NCBI RefSeq assembly: GCF_009834535.1
Contig: NC_045696.1
Location: forward strand, 29,328,001 to 29,392,000
Direction of reading: 5' to 3'
Origin: Camelus ferus
Lineage: Eukaryota
Length of the DNA stretch: 64,000 nucleotides
Part shown: piece after piece, positions 1 to 13,704 of the stretch
Layout: the number at the start of each line of letters is the position of its first letter
How positions within the stretch are numbered: the stretch's first letter is position 1
Program-made: the position numbers and the translations under genes
Notes under the pieces: generated by a model
What the model was told of the DNA's origin: nothing
Database searches by the model: none
What the model saw: only the letters and a program-made list of their open reading frames with translations

Positions 1-121
1 TTCCTAAATGAACTCCTAAGCTGTCCCAGAGCTACTTTTGTTTGTAGATGCCCAATTATTGACCTTTGCTGGGGGACAGAGTCTGCAGCCTCTTACTCCT
101 TGATTTTGGTGACATCACTCC
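1..121 (-). mobile_element. 5' terminus of an old L1 (L1M-type 5'UTR)
   Basis: The minus strand begins GGAGTGATGTCACCAAAAT..., resembling the GGGAGTGACGTCAGCAAGATGG start of mammalian L1M 5' ends. It abuts L1 ORF2 sequence. Confidence 0.45.
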
Positions 122-915
122 ATATCACATTTGATTTGCAAATGTTAAACAATCCTTGCATCCCAGGCAGGAAGAAATCCCACTTGATCATGGGGTATAA
201 TCCTTTAAATAGGCTGCTGAGTTTGATTTGCTAGTATTTTGCTGACAATTTTTACATCTATATTCATCAGGGATATTGGTCCATAATTTTCTTTTCTTGC
301 AGTATCCTTATCTGGCTTTGGTAACAGGGTAATCCTGAACTCATAAAATGAGTTTGGGTGGGTTCCCTGCTCTTCAATACTTTGGAGGAGTTTTCTGAAC
401 GGTGTTAACTCATCCTTAAACATTTGGTAGAATTTACGCTAGAAACCATTTGGTCCTGGGTTTTTCTTTGTTGGGAAGTTTCTGATTAAGTAGTTCAATC
501 TCCTTACTCACTGATCTGTACAGATTTATTATTTCTTCATGATTCAGTCTTGGTAGGTTGTATACTTTTTTGGAATGTATCCATTTCTTCTAGGGTATCC
601 AATTTGCTGGCATAAAATTGTTTACAGTAGTTTCTTTTGATCCTTTGTATTTCAGTGGTTTCATTTTTGATATTATTTCAGTTCTTTCTCCTTTCTTATT
701 ACTTTAGCTAAAGTTTTGTCAATAGTGTTGATCTTTTCCAAAAACCAGGTCTTAGTTTCATTGATCTTTTCTATTTTTTTGTCTCTATTTCATTTATTTA
801 TACTCTGATCTTGTTTCCTTCCATCTGCTAAATTTGGGCTTGGTTTGTTCTTCTTTTTATAGTTCCTTGAGGTATAAAGTTAGAGTGTTCATTCAGGACC
901 TTGTTTCTTTTCTTA
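122..915 (-). mobile_element. L1 ORF2 fragment (degenerate RT-proximal region)
   Basis: ORF 205..423 reads [45 protein letters not shown], matching L1 ORF2 [38 protein letters not shown]. The flanks are disrupted. Confidence 0.92.
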
Positions 916-939
916 ATGTACTGGTTGTTCAAGAGAATA

Positions 940-1200
940 AGACCCTCTCCATAATCTAGGTGTTAATGATCCCTTATTCAGGGCAGATGCAGAAAATGTA
1001 ACAGATTTGAAATATATGGAGGAAATGAAATCATTAGGACTTAGTAACCATTTGACATGGGTAAAAGGGAAGAGCCAAATGTGGTCACCAAGAATATTAT
1101 TTCTTTTACTAAGAAGAAGATCAAAAGAGAACACAAGGAAGGTTCAAAATTGGTATGGGAAAAAGTGGTGCATTCATATTTTAGGCACATGAGTTTGATA
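940..1200 (-). mobile_element. L2 fragment
   Basis: Purine-rich antisense L2-like text (gatttgaaatatatggaggaaatgaaatcattaggactt). Confidence 0.4.
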
Positions 1201-1229
1201 AAATCTGTTAGTCTGGAAGATGGCTTGCT

Positions 1230-1900
1230 GTTGTTCTGTCAGCCTGCATAACTGATTCAGGAATTCAGAGCATGCAGGTGGTTGGTCATGCTGATTAGAT
1301 ATTTCCTTTGTGACCCCAACTGTGGGCTTTAAAATGGTAAGCCAGAAACATGACCAAGAGCTACCTTGAGGTGTAGCCTTTCTGAAGCCTCAACTAAATG
1401 GCTGGTGTGTTCATCAAGGCCTCTCCGCTCTGCACGTCCAGAACTCCAGTCGCTTTAATTACCGTTCAACTAACAGAATCTTAGTTCAGCTCACAGGCCC
1501 CTGTAGCTTTTCTCTTCTAGGCCCCTTAGAATCTTGAAATGTGACAGTTCAGAGTTCATTCAAAGATTGGAGGGGTCCTTAAGCTAGTTTCTGCACCATT
1601 CTCTCTAACTTGCCCTGAAAATTATACCTACCTCAGCAGCTCGAACTGATCCATGTTCTTCCCGATCCAGTGGGACTGCTGACCTCTCCTTGTGCTCCCG
1701 TTCCTGGACCAGTTTGAAAAGTGCCTCCAGGCAAAAGCAGAGTGAATGTGGAGCTTATTTTCTGAGTTTCCTTTCTCCTAAGGATCACACTCCTATGCGA
1801 AATTTTGCCCAATGCCTAAAACAGTTGCTTTCTATATTTTGCCAAGTTTCATAGTTCTTATGGAAGAGGGTAAACCTGTTGTTTGGTCATTTTCAGAATC
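1230..1900 (-). mobile_element. L1ME-type 5' end fragment
   Basis: ggatcacactcctatg...cccaatgcctaaaacagttgctttctatattttgccaagtttcatagtt resembles old L1ME 5'-end consensus. Confidence 0.55.
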
Positions 1901-2499
1901 CCACATTGTAAAAATTTAACACATACTACTCAATTGCCCTCCCCAAAAGATCAATAGGGATTGAAGTAATCTAAGGGGAGAGGTTTTAAAATTTAGGAAA
2001 TCATAGGAAGAGTTTTTACATTTAAAAAAAAGCATAACTCAATAATTAATTTTAATTTTACTTATTAGTTTAAAATTTTAACGTTTAATATTATTAACTT
2101 TTTAACTCAAACATTTATTGTTCACTTGTTGAAATGTTGCAGGATGAATATGCAAAGGAGGAGTTGTAGCGCACGTGCTTCTCAAAGACACACTGGAAAG
2201 GACACGCCCACAAAATATAAGGCAGTGGTTAAAGGGGACAGGATATGAATTAATGTGTGGCTGCTGATGAAGAAAGACATGAGATCAAGATCCAAAACAG
2301 AATGCAATGTTTATGTACAATGGGATTAATTTTCCATCATGTCTCACTGCCAGAATATTTTCTTCAGTCTAGGGATAGAAGAACAGGCTGGATACAACAA
2401 GCTATATAAACATCCTCTCTGTGTCACTCCTGGGGAATCGAGAGCAGGAAGAAAATTACGCACACATTTCTCAAAACCTGTTTTAAAAAATGCATGATG

Positions 2500-2725
2500 C
2501 TCTTTATGGAAAAGTTTTTAGATATTCACAGAGGACTTAAAAATCTTGAAGACAATGAGAAATTCTATGATTAAAAAAAAGAACCCTGATTAACTTGTTT
2601 TAATGTAGCATTTCACAAAATTGTTTAACCACAGAAAAAAATATTCAGTAATGTCAATTAACATGATCTATATTATCGTCTGATTATTATGGCATTAATA
2701 TAATATGAGTAATCTTTGGGAATCA
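2500..2725. mobile_element. hAT-Charlie (MER103-like) remnant
   Basis: gcatttcacaaaattgtttaaccacagaa...ctttgggaa resembles MER103/Charlie termini. Highly decayed. Confidence 0.3.
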
Positions 2726-5700
2726 CATTGAGAAATCCTGAGTTCTATTACTTAGAAGTGTTCAAAGAGACTTTTTAGAGAGAAAAGGAAAGGCTGTGGA
2801 CAACATGATGCATTTTTCCTGAGTCAAACTGATCAATGGGATTACTGAAAGATCCTACAGAAAATGGTCTTTAAGACTAGAAAAATAATAAACCTGTTGA
2901 CCCTGAAGCCACACATCTCAAAAGGAGATGCATGAGAACTATGTTTAGGCAGATGGAAACACTCGTCATTGAGTAACTTAGAAGTCAGTGTATAACAGAG
3001 AAACTGAAGTCAGGATTTATTATTCCAGCATTCAAAATACAAAGGTCGACAGGCAAAAAGACAAATTACAGTATCTGGGTGACACAGAGCAGCTTGCCTC
3101 CTCTTCAGCAATGTTGCAGAAGATACATCTGTACTAATGGAAAAGTCAGAAGCAGGATGGTGAAAAGAGCAAGGTATCAGCAACACCAGCATCCCAGTTA
3201 GACCTTCTCGTTAAGAAAAAAAAAAAAAACAGAATAGAGACTTAAGGGAATACAGAAAGATTGTGATGCAACCCAACATTGTTGTCAAGAAAATGTTTTA
3301 TAGCACGAGTTACATCCATCAGACTATCTCTACCAGCAGGAGAGGGTGGCCAGCCTGAAGAATACTAAGAATGAAAATAGAAAAGACTTTTCCTCTTAAG
3401 AACCTCAAAGAGCAGCTCAAAGAGTTTATCTATTAGTCATAAAAGGACTAGTGATTAAGTGCATGCCAAACCAGTATCAGTCACTGACAGATGTAAATTA
3501 CTTGCAAACCTGTATTGTTTAGCTATTAATTCAAAGATTATTCTCTCTCATTCATTCATAATTTGTTATTATTTATTGACCAATAGTACGTAATTCTGAT
3601 GTGATTCAAATTTAGATTGTTGTTAAAGTGAAAATGTTTGAACTTGGGTGAAGTCAAGTCATGATCTCGGTGTCTGGTTAATGACTAACCTTGACTACAT
3701 CTAACACATGGGAGTCAACCAGGTAACGAGCCCTCTATGTGCTTTCCTACCTGCTACATATTTGTGTTTCATACTTTACCATCAAACAAAGAGATAACGT
3801 TTTGCATCCATCTTCAATTAAGGATGAGTTTAGAGGCATTTGCAAGGTGCTTTCCTTGTGTTGAGTTTCAGTTTTATAACTGTGGGTTTGACATATATAA
3901 TCTAGCTATAGCATTAAAAAACAGAGTTATGCCCTAGTTATTAGAACAATGCTCTAAAACAATCATTGACCAACATGCAAGTTGTCTTTTTAAGAAAAAG
4001 CTACATTTTCTAGGAAACATTTGTTGATCTTTTGTTTTTCTTTGACTTTTTTTTTTCAGTTACACCTGTTGTAAAATGGAGAAAGAAATGTTATGCTTGC
4101 ATTTTTTAAAATTTCAATCTGGCTAAATGTATCTAAAATATTCATAAAATTAAGCTTTTTAAGGATTAAAAAAAAAAAAAACATGGTTTCCTAAATTGTT
4201 TATGAGTGACTCTAAGCCGATGGAGATATTTTGAGCACAAGGTGCAGCAGAATTTTAAATAACTTCCTCTCACTCCTCATCAGTGTCTATATGATTTCTA
4301 ATCATTCCTCTAGACATCAGCTGTGATGAGAATGAATCCAGGTGTGATGAACATGATGTTCTTGTTATTCTGAAGGACGTTTATTTTTATTTATGCCATT
4401 GTGTTTAGGCTTCTTAAGCAATATTTAGAACAAATCGGCATACAAAGCTTCTCAGTTAAATCTGCTAGCTCCATTTCTGGAGTGAGGACAGACTCTCTTT
4501 CTGTTTGGATAAAGGTTTCCATTTGAAACAGGATGAGTCAAGCAAGGACACTAGTTCTCAAATTGCCCTTCATCTGCTGTGGAGCAAGGGAGTGTTTTTT
4601 AAGTAGTGGTTCCATCTGAAGCTCTAAAACTCTCCAGAAAAATTGAAAAGAAGAAAATACATATTTCCCAATGTCAACTTCTGCTGAAAGAAAAACAGAT
4701 GTCGATCCATAGATAGAGTTGTTATGGCAAGAGAAACTTTCCATAATTATAGGTAATCATGCAAACCCCTTGGAACACAGATTCCATTTCACTTTTTTGT
4801 TCCTGAGATTACAGTCTTGGGGAAAGGGGTATTTTCACTTATGAAGCTAACAGCAGATCTTCTGTAAAGCTTAGCAGAAGTTTTTTATTAAGCATGTATT
4901 TGCTGACTAAACAAGTGATTCTTGTTTATTTTCACGGGATAGTAATTTTGAAGTTCAATTCATCCACATGTCTAATGCTTCGTATTTGTTACTGTGCAAA
5001 TAAGAAAAATAAACAAGAGCTAACCAAACAAATAAAGCCTAATGTTAGGAGCCTACTTGATCACATCCAGGAAATGGTTATATTTGGTTGATACTTATTA
5101 AAGCTGCATATTTAAGTCTATTAAGGTGCATTTCATTACCTCTGCCAAATGCAAATAGGCTTTCAACCTTTTCAGAGCAGCAGGATTTATTGTACAGTTC
5201 AAAGAATGATTGTATCTGCCTTCTGGGCTTGGTGTAATCTAATTTCATAATATATACACAAATAGGATTTGTTCTCAGAGTAACATTGGGACAATTTCAG
5301 AGCTGTAAGTCAGGTGCTTGATGAGCTCCTGAAAATATTTGTTTAGTATTCTGAATAATACATATAATTTACAGTGTTATCCTGAGATAACGAGGAAATG
5401 TTATTTCAAATAACAGCTTACTTAGTAAACATGGGTTCCAGTGGAGATACTACCCAGCTATCACAGGACAACATACATTCATTCTAGGGAAGCCCATATC
5501 TATAACTCATGTCCCAAGAAAATTATGAATATTGCTGTGAATTGGCTGACATTCTGCTCAAATAAGATTTCTCTTGCAGCTACAAAAATGTAGATGGATT
5601 AATGCAACTTAATTGCTTTGAAAGTGTTTTACTGCACTGATAAAAATAACATTTCACTTGAAGTGAAGCCAGGGAAAAAATAATTCTTAAAGGGCACCAG

Positions 5701-6796
5701 CAAAGTGTAATCAAAATACATTTGAAATAATTATAATGTAAACCACTAAAAATATGTCCACTTTCACTAAAAGTTATTATTAAAAATGTTACTTATGTAT
5801 ATCAATAACAGTCACTTGAATTTTTAAATGTTACCTTTTCACAATTTTTAATCTCTTACAAAAAATAAGGGACAGCTGAATGTTTTGGTATACTTTATTT
5901 CAACAGCTAACTTTGAAATTTAAGTCATTGGATTACTAGTTCTTCTAGTATTAAAAAATATATTAATTATCAAATATGAATTTACTATTTTTTTCTGCTC
6001 ATCCAAGTTTTATGAACTTACAAGATTTCAAATTATAATTCTAATTATTTGTTTACCTATTTGCTTCTGAGGTACTTGTTAAACAAGTTGATAATACATG
6101 CAAATATATTATTTCACACACACTCTCTAACATTAAAATTATTTAATAATATATGTATATAAATTTTAAAATAAATATATACTATATAGAGTATTTATAA
6201 TAATCACAATAAATACAGATTTTTTTTACCTACATATCTACCTTAAAGCAATGTTTGGTGGAGTCTTGAAGAAATGAGAAATGAGACATAATTCCTTGCA
6301 TTATTAGGTTTATATTTTCTCATCTTGTTTTAGTAAATCATCTTTTCTTGACTAGTGCTTAATGTGAGAATATTAGAGAAGCTTGAATATAATAAAATTA
6401 ATATAGATAACCAAAAGAAAAACAAAAAGTTTAAAAATTTCAGAAAATATGTTCTGTTAATTAAGGCACAAGTCTAACTCAATGCTTTTAGTTATTATTT
6501 ATTGTTCATAAAAGCATTAAATATATTAAAAACATTTGAACACATTAAATACATCCAAAGACTAAAGCTTTATATCTCCATTTCAAGCTTTGGACCTATA
6601 TTCATATTATTTATTTTACAGGAAAGCCAAATGTATTTGGGTGTTTTTGTTTATCATTTAGATATGTGCCATCATTAAATAAAATGTATTTCAAAGAAAA
6701 ACAGAAAATGTATAAGGAAAGTTTATAATGAATAAATAATATGAAAAATATAAAGTATTAATAAGACACATTAGCACAGTGCTGAAGCTTTCTTAA

Positions 6797-6832
6797 ACAC
6801 ACACACACACATACAAACACACATACATACAA

Positions 6833-6863
<31 letters not shown>
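6797..6863 (+). repeat. imperfect (CA)n microsatellite
   Basis: Directly visible. Confidence 0.95.
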
Positions 6864-7669
6864 ATCCACCACCACCAAATGAGACCAATGTCCTCCTTTC
6901 TGTGACTTCCAGGTAAATGCCTCATTTACATCAAGAAAGAAAGACAAGTTCATTTTAAAGTGCTTCTAGGAAAAGCTGAGAAGTCAATTAGATTACCTAC
7001 ATTTACTTCCAGTAGCAACTCTCACATCCTTAAATAGCTCCTTCTCTCCATTCCCACTGGAATTAATCCCACCAGCTCAAATACCCTCATATCTGTCACC
7101 AGATTCACTCAGCCCTCATCACCACCACCTGTGGCATTCAGTGCAAAGATTAGAAAGTATTTCCCATAAGAGAACAGCCCTTGGATATTGATCTGTCTGG
7201 TCTTCATGTATCTCTTTCTATAGAATGACTGGGAGGCAAGATTGAGGAAGGTTCAAATCTTCAACTCTTTTTAGTTTCCAAACTTGCCTCAAGCTTCAAC
7301 ATTCTGGAAGCAACTGGATAGAATGCCTAAACTCCTCCTCTGACGTGCTCTAATCTCCAATTGGAACACAGACAACTAAACAATTTCTCTTAAAATTGAC
7401 GTCAGTTACATGAAAATTATTTCAAAGATTTGAAAATGGTTGTCGCAGTCTTTGAGTCTCATCATGGACAAAGTGAAATGCATCATTCATTCCACTGAGA
7501 CATACCAGGTACACTCTACACCCTGGGTATGGAGCAGAGGACATACAGGAAGATCCCCACTGTCACCCAGCTTTGTTCTCATGGGAGTGAGGGATAGAAA
7601 ATTGGTAAGACAACAAATGAGATAACTTCATCACCCCCAGCCTCAGCTTACCCACTGTAAAATAACTCG

Positions 7670-8700
7670 TCAATTCACTCAGTCACTGAAGATTTTTTGA
7701 GAGTCTGTAACATGCTAGGCACTGCTCTAGTAGTTGTGAATAAACACAAAAATCCCAGTCCTCATGCACTTACATTCTAGTGGAAGGAGATGGATAATAA
7801 GCCAAATAAGCAGACATTATGTTAGATGTTAAAATGAAAAACAGAGAGAAAACAGTCAAGGACAGTACATGAAGAAGGCTACAGCAATGGAGGTGGGGTA
7901 ACAGGTTTCAGGTTAAATTTGGGTGGTCAAGAAATTACTCTCTATGACTGTGTTAGGTGAGCAGAATTCTGAAGGAGGTGAGGGAGCAGCACCTGGGAAT
8001 CACCTGGGGATAATTAATTACTGGTACCTGGCTTGTCCCATGAACAGTAAGAAAGCCAGCATGACAAGACTGAGCAATTAAGGAGAATCATAGTAGAGGA
8101 AGAAGTGAGAGAGATAAAGACATGGTTTGGAGGGAATAAACTGACGGTTTTAAATTGAGTAGATCATGCTACATAATTTGACTTTTAATCTGGGTGAAAA
8201 ATATAAAAAGCCATTGGAGCATTCCCAGTGACAGATTTCACATGATCTGATAAGTTTTAAGAGGGGAGGGCACGAAGACCAATTAGGATGCTACTGCAAT
8301 TAGTTGGATGAGAAATAAACATGAGGCATTACCATTCTTCCACCAAGAGTATAGTAGTGGAGGCGGTGAAGAGTGATTGGATTTTGAAGGTAGAGTCTAT
8401 AGGATATTTTGGTGATTTGGATTTGCAATGTGAGAGGAAGAGAAGAATCAAGGATGACCCCATGATGGGCCAGAGAAAGAATGGAGTTGCCATTCACTGA
8501 GATGGAGAATCAGAGGAAGAACTACCTTTGAAGGAAAGATCAAGAGTTCTGTGATGGGTATATAGTTTTCAGATGCTTACTAAACATCTAGGACATCTAA
8601 GTGTGGAGAAAATTAAGATACCTGGAGTTCAGGGGAGAGCTCCAAGTGGGAGGTATACATCTGGAAGTCATGATATTTAAAATTATGGGAATGAAGACAG
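7670..8700 (-). mobile_element. L2 (L2a-like) 3' ~1 kb
   Basis: Antisense L2 3' end (ttttttgagagtctgtaacatgctaggcactgctctag...cttacattctagtgg) followed by L2 body (aagccattggag, agaatggagttgccattcactgagatgg, gatcaagagttc). Confidence 0.85.
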
Positions 8701-10639
8701 TGTCACTGAACTATACCTTAGGGTATTGCTAAAGAGCATACTCTCAGACATTTACACTGGACCTAACACAAAGTGCAGCCTTTAATAAATCTTAGCTATT
8801 ATTACTATTTAGGATTCTGCTTTATATGCAACTACTTTTCACTCACAATTCCCAAACAGTTAGTAACCAGCAGAAGCCATTAGTGTCAAGTCTGACTTAA
8901 ATGTTCTACTACCTTTGTAATTGAGATTGCATCATCATAGATTACACAAGGTTTGGAATACAGGAGGAGAGAGAAAACAGCATCCTCAGAATGGTATGGG
9001 AGAGAAACATGACACATAGATGGTGGTTTCATGGATATTAACCCTGGAGTATAGCCTCCTGATAAGAAATATGTAAATGTGCAAATCAGATTGAGCTCCC
9101 TCCCCCTCAAAAAAAAAAAAAAACAATTTAGTTTATATTGCCCTGTTACTTGGTAGTTTAGACACAAGTTTAGAAGCAACTGCACTGGCATGTAAAAGTC
9201 ATGGAAATTAAACTTGGCCGTACTCTAAAAGGGAGTTGAATATAAAGATTATCAGATAAAAATGAAATAAAGATTATCAGGTAAAGAAAGTATGATGGGT
9301 GTGCGCTCTGTTACCTTTGCTTTTGCTTCTCACTTGAGGAATTCTTCTGTTTAATTAATAAGGATAAGACAGATGTCAGCATTTTCCAGTTACTTGAAAA
9401 TACTCCCTTTTTAGATTGCTTTGAATCATAACCTTATTGAGGTATAATTAAAAAATAAAGGGGGGGATATTAAAGAGTAACAAGTGTTCCCACAGTCACA
9501 TTTCACTGAGCTTAGAGAACAGGCTTCACGTGCAGCGAGGGCTTTAGCGAGATGGAAGTCCCATTCTCAAGGAAAGCTGACAGAACCTGCGGTAACGTTT
9601 ACCGATCTTTCACATTTTTGCCTTTATGTTTCAACTAAATGTGGCAAAACAGATTATTCATGCTCAAAAACACATTTTAAAATCAGTATCAGTCGTTTTT
9701 CCTATTAGTTTCCTCATTTGAATCACTGTTAAAAGGAAAATTAGTATTTTCTTGATCAATCGTTATGTTTCCATACAAATTCCAAGACGCAAAGCATAAA
9801 CACGGAAGGGAGTGCTTATGACAAAGCCTCGAGAGCCATGGCTCTGTCAGCATACTTGCACTTGAAAGTCCATTAACAAAGACAACTTAGAGTGGTAAAC
9901 CTTACAAAACATGTTACAAAGGCACCTACACCTTAACAGATATTGAAAAGCTGCATCTGTCGTGTCACCTAGTGGATGAAAGGGAAATAGCAAGTCAACT
10001 CCCTGTGTATCTGGGGTCAGCGAAGCCAGATCTCATCTCTGAGCGTACTGCAGGACCTGACCGCAAGGTTAGCAGAAGCAGCTGGATGGTGGCTACAGTG
10101 CCTTCTTGTTCTCAGGAGAATGAGGCCATTATTCAAATAAAAGTTACCTCCATTATTGAGATAGAGAAAAACTGAGAATCAGGTGATTAGACTTAAGCAG
10201 GTTTTTATATTTTTCATAAAAATCAATCCAAGTCCTGTCCAAAGAGAAATGTGGTGTTGATATGAAGAAAAGACATAATCTAAGTTACTTCTAATTTGAT
10301 TTCTATGTGAGTTGACCCAAAAAGAATATTATTTTTACTTTCAACAAGTAAACAGTTTTTACTTCCCTAAGATATCAGGAAATAAACCCAGATCTAATAT
10401 AGCAGAATCATGTATAGACATGTGTTTTAGAGGTTTCAAAAACCAGCTTGTAAGGCAATTTTTAGATTATTCAAAAATTCAATTACTCCCAGGAACAAAT
10501 GTGATTGAACTATTTGCCATAGAGAAAAGAAGTTACCTAATCAATATCAAACATAAACTTAATTGATAGTCACAATTTTAAACCCCAAGACTGAATAATT
10601 GGTTAAGGATTTATATTCACACTGAGCACATTTCTAAAA

Positions 10640-10795
10640 AGTGAGGTGTAATTGACTACAGCATTATATTGGTTTCAGGTGTACAACATGAGTCAATTTT
10701 TATAGATATATATCATAAAATTATCACCACAATAAGTCTACTTAACATCTGTCACCATACAGAGTTACAGATTTTTTTTTCTTGTGATGAGAAAT
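10640..10795 (-). mobile_element. L1 3' end (L1MA9-like)
   Basis: gaggtgtaattgac...ggtttcaggtgtacaacat...ttcttgtgatgagaa is the typical antisense L1MA 3'UTR terminus. Confidence 0.7.
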
Positions 10796-10985
10796 TTGAG
10801 CAAGTTTTCAATAGCATTTCACTCTATAAATTTTGAACCCTATGCTTTCCAACAGAAATATATGACCCAGATTTGGAGTTTACAACTTGCATAGCACAAC
10901 CCTCAGAACTGACAGATGCATCAAGCAGTTTTATTTTCTCTTTTAAATAAAAAAAGATTAGTTGTTATAGGAGAGTCTTACTTAC

Positions 10986-11003
10986 CGGAGAAACAACCAG
11001 AAA
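10986..11003 (-). other. candidate 18-nt microexon of the unidentified minus-strand transcript
   Basis: Minus strand: cttttgc-(T)n-aag|TTTCTGGTTGTTTCTCCG|gtaagt, with a long pyrimidine tract and a consensus donor. No expression evidence. Confidence 0.45.
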
Positions 11004-12504
11004 CTTAAAAAAAAAAAAAAAAAGCAAAAGAAGCTCATGTATTCTTACAGTGCCCAAAGAAAAAGCATATACCCTAATCATTTTGAGTGAACCTTCCTTT
11101 TCACCCTATTGATGAATAGTTATACAGCAGGAAAGCAGACACAGAATCTGTTAACAATTTTAACACGATTAGTTAAGGACAAGTGCTGCTAGTTCCCCTT
11201 ACACTGATCTGAAGCGTTAATATAGTTAGCTTGGGCAAGCTTGTCAACCAGGTCATCTGCCTTAGGCATGAACCTGGCATACAGCATTTTTGATAATCCT
11301 TTACTTCATTCCAACTGTCAAGCACCTCTAATGCTATTTTTCTTAGGTGTCAGTGTAATTGCCCCTGACTGAGGAGTGACTTAGTTTCTTGGTGTTCCAC
11401 ATATCTGTAGCTTCTTGCCCAGGGGACTTGTCCCAGGCTTCAATCATGTCACGTTCCATTAACTATGGTTAACTAGGAATAGACTTAAATAGCCTATTTT
11501 TTCTGCAAATGGAAAAAAGTAAAAGAATTGAATTTTCAATTAGTCATAGATTTTTCATGTAGGTGACTATGTGTGTGGGCTTTTGCACATGTGCACATAA
11601 ATGCTCACCTGTGGTTTCTTCCCTCAGTCTTTATTGATAAAAATAGGCAAATGATGTTGATAAGCACCTCAATATTATCATGAGCCTGGATCCCCAGTAG
11701 ACCAGCAACAAGGCTTCTGATTTTTCAATTCCAAATGAAGCCAAACAAGTACTGCTATAAGCATGGAGCAAAAATTAATATTAAGGCAACAATCTGGAAA
11801 CATTGCAATTTACATTTAAGAAGATCTTAATCAGGGCATTTTTGTGATAGTAATGAATGGAAAATAATTATAAAGGACTTGTCAAATATTAAACTATGAG
11901 AAAAGTCAAAATTCATTTAAATATAAAAATGTACATGCTATATTATTAAATAAATAGAAATAATAATAAAGTATACATAATATGATTTTGTTTGGAGAAG
12001 GAAGACTAAATATTCATAAGTGGGTATGTAAACACAGGAAACTATCACAAATATATACTATACTCCAAAATGATAGTGTTATCTTGATAATAGGATTTTA
12101 GGTACATTTATTTTCTTTATTATTTGTTATATTGATAAAATTGTCTATAACCACACAATGAAAGAGTAAAAAGAAACTAATAATACATGAAAAAGCATGA
12201 ATTAATATCAAAATAAGTATGCTGATCACTACACTATAGTTAGCCTACTTTGCCAATCTACATATCAATAACTAAAGATATACCTAAAAAATCGTCATCC
12301 AAGAGTTTTAGTGAAGGTGAAAACTATTCAGTTTCCTCTCTAATTGCAAAGTTTTTCTCAAAAGGATAGGATGTTATGAATTGTTGAGCTAGACTGGGAA
12401 AATCTGAAACAAAATGGACACTCTTTTACAGTGAACGTGAGTACTGCTATTAGCCATGAACTCCCTAAATCCCTTCAAAAAGTATGTATGTTATGGTTCA
12501 ATGC

Positions 12505-13683
12505 TCCCTGATTTCAAACTACACTACAAAGCTACAGTACTCAAAACAGTATAGTACTGGCACAAAAACATAGAACATGGACACACAGATCAATGTAACA
12601 GGACAGAGAGCCCAGAAATAAATCCACACTTATTTACTCAATTAATCTACAACAAAAGAGACAAGAATAAGTTGTGCTGGGAAAACTGGACAGCTACATG
12701 CAAGAGAATCAAACTGGAATACTTTCTCACATTATATAAAAAATAGACCCAAAATGGAATTAAAGACCTAAATGTCAGACCTAAAACCATGAAACTCCTA
12801 GAAGAAAACATAGGGAGTACACTGTTTGATACTGGTCTTAGCAATATATGTTTTGGATTTGTCTCCTTAGGCAAGGGAAACAAAAACAAAAATAAACAAA
12901 TGGTGAGGGAAGGGATATCTCAAATGGTTAAGTGCATGCTTAGCATGCATGAGGTCCTGGGTTCAGTCCCCAGTACCTCTTCTAAAAAATAAATAAACCT
13001 AATTACCTTCCCCACAGGGGGAAAAAATTTTTTTAAAAAACCCAAAAATAAACAAATGGGACTACATCAAATTAAAAAGCTTTGCACAGTGAAGAAAACT
13101 GGTAATAAAACAAAAAAGTCAGGCTACCTACTGAATGGGAAAAGATATTTGCAAATGATATATCTGATATGGGGTTAATATTCAAAATACACCCAAAAAA
13201 TCATACAACTCAACATTAGGAAAAAACAACCTGATGGGTAAAGAACATGAATAGACATTTTTCAAAAGAAGACAGATGGCCAACAGGCACATGAAAGGCA
13301 ATCAGCATAATCATCAGGGAAATGGGAAATGCAAATCAAAACCACAGTAAGATATCACCTCACACCAGTTAGAATGGCTATCATTAAGATGACAAGAGAC
13401 AACAGGTGCTGGTGAGGATGTGAAAAATAGGGAAGCCTTGTGCACTGTTAGTGAAAATGTAAATTGGTGAAGCCAGTATGGAAAACAATTTTGAAGTTCC
13501 TCACAAAATGGAACTACCATATGTTCCAGCAATTCCACTTCTGGGTATTGTTCCAAACACAACAAAAACACTAATTCAAAAAGATACATGCACTTTGTGT
13601 TTATTGCAGCATTATCCACAAAAGCCAAGATATGGAAGCAACCTAAGTTCCCACTGATAGATGAATGGATAAAGAAGATGTGA
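12505..13683 (+). mobile_element. L1 ORF2 3' region (older copy), interrupted by a SINE
   Basis: gatttcaaactacactacaaagctacagta..., MKLLEENIG (ORF 12789), gaaatgcaaatcaaaaccaca, cagcaattccacttctggg. Contains stops and frameshifts. Confidence 0.92.
12904..13042 (+). mobile_element. Vic-1-type camelid SINE (tRNA-Ala-derived)
   Basis: tRNA-Ala-like head (gcatgcttagcatgcatgaggtcctgggttcagtccccagtacctc), aaacctaattacc tail, and a perfect 17-bp TSD caaaaataaacaaatgg at 12887-12903 and 13043-13059. Confidence 0.9.
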
Positions 13684-13704
13684 GAAAGAAAGAAAGAAAG
13701 AAAG

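Noticed and set aside
205..423. Host gene CDS
   Set aside because: It is an L1 ORF2 remnant.
4323..4373. C/D box snoRNA (GTGATGA...CTGA)
   Set aside because: Only ~50 nt, no terminal stem, and on the strand opposite the inferred host transcript.
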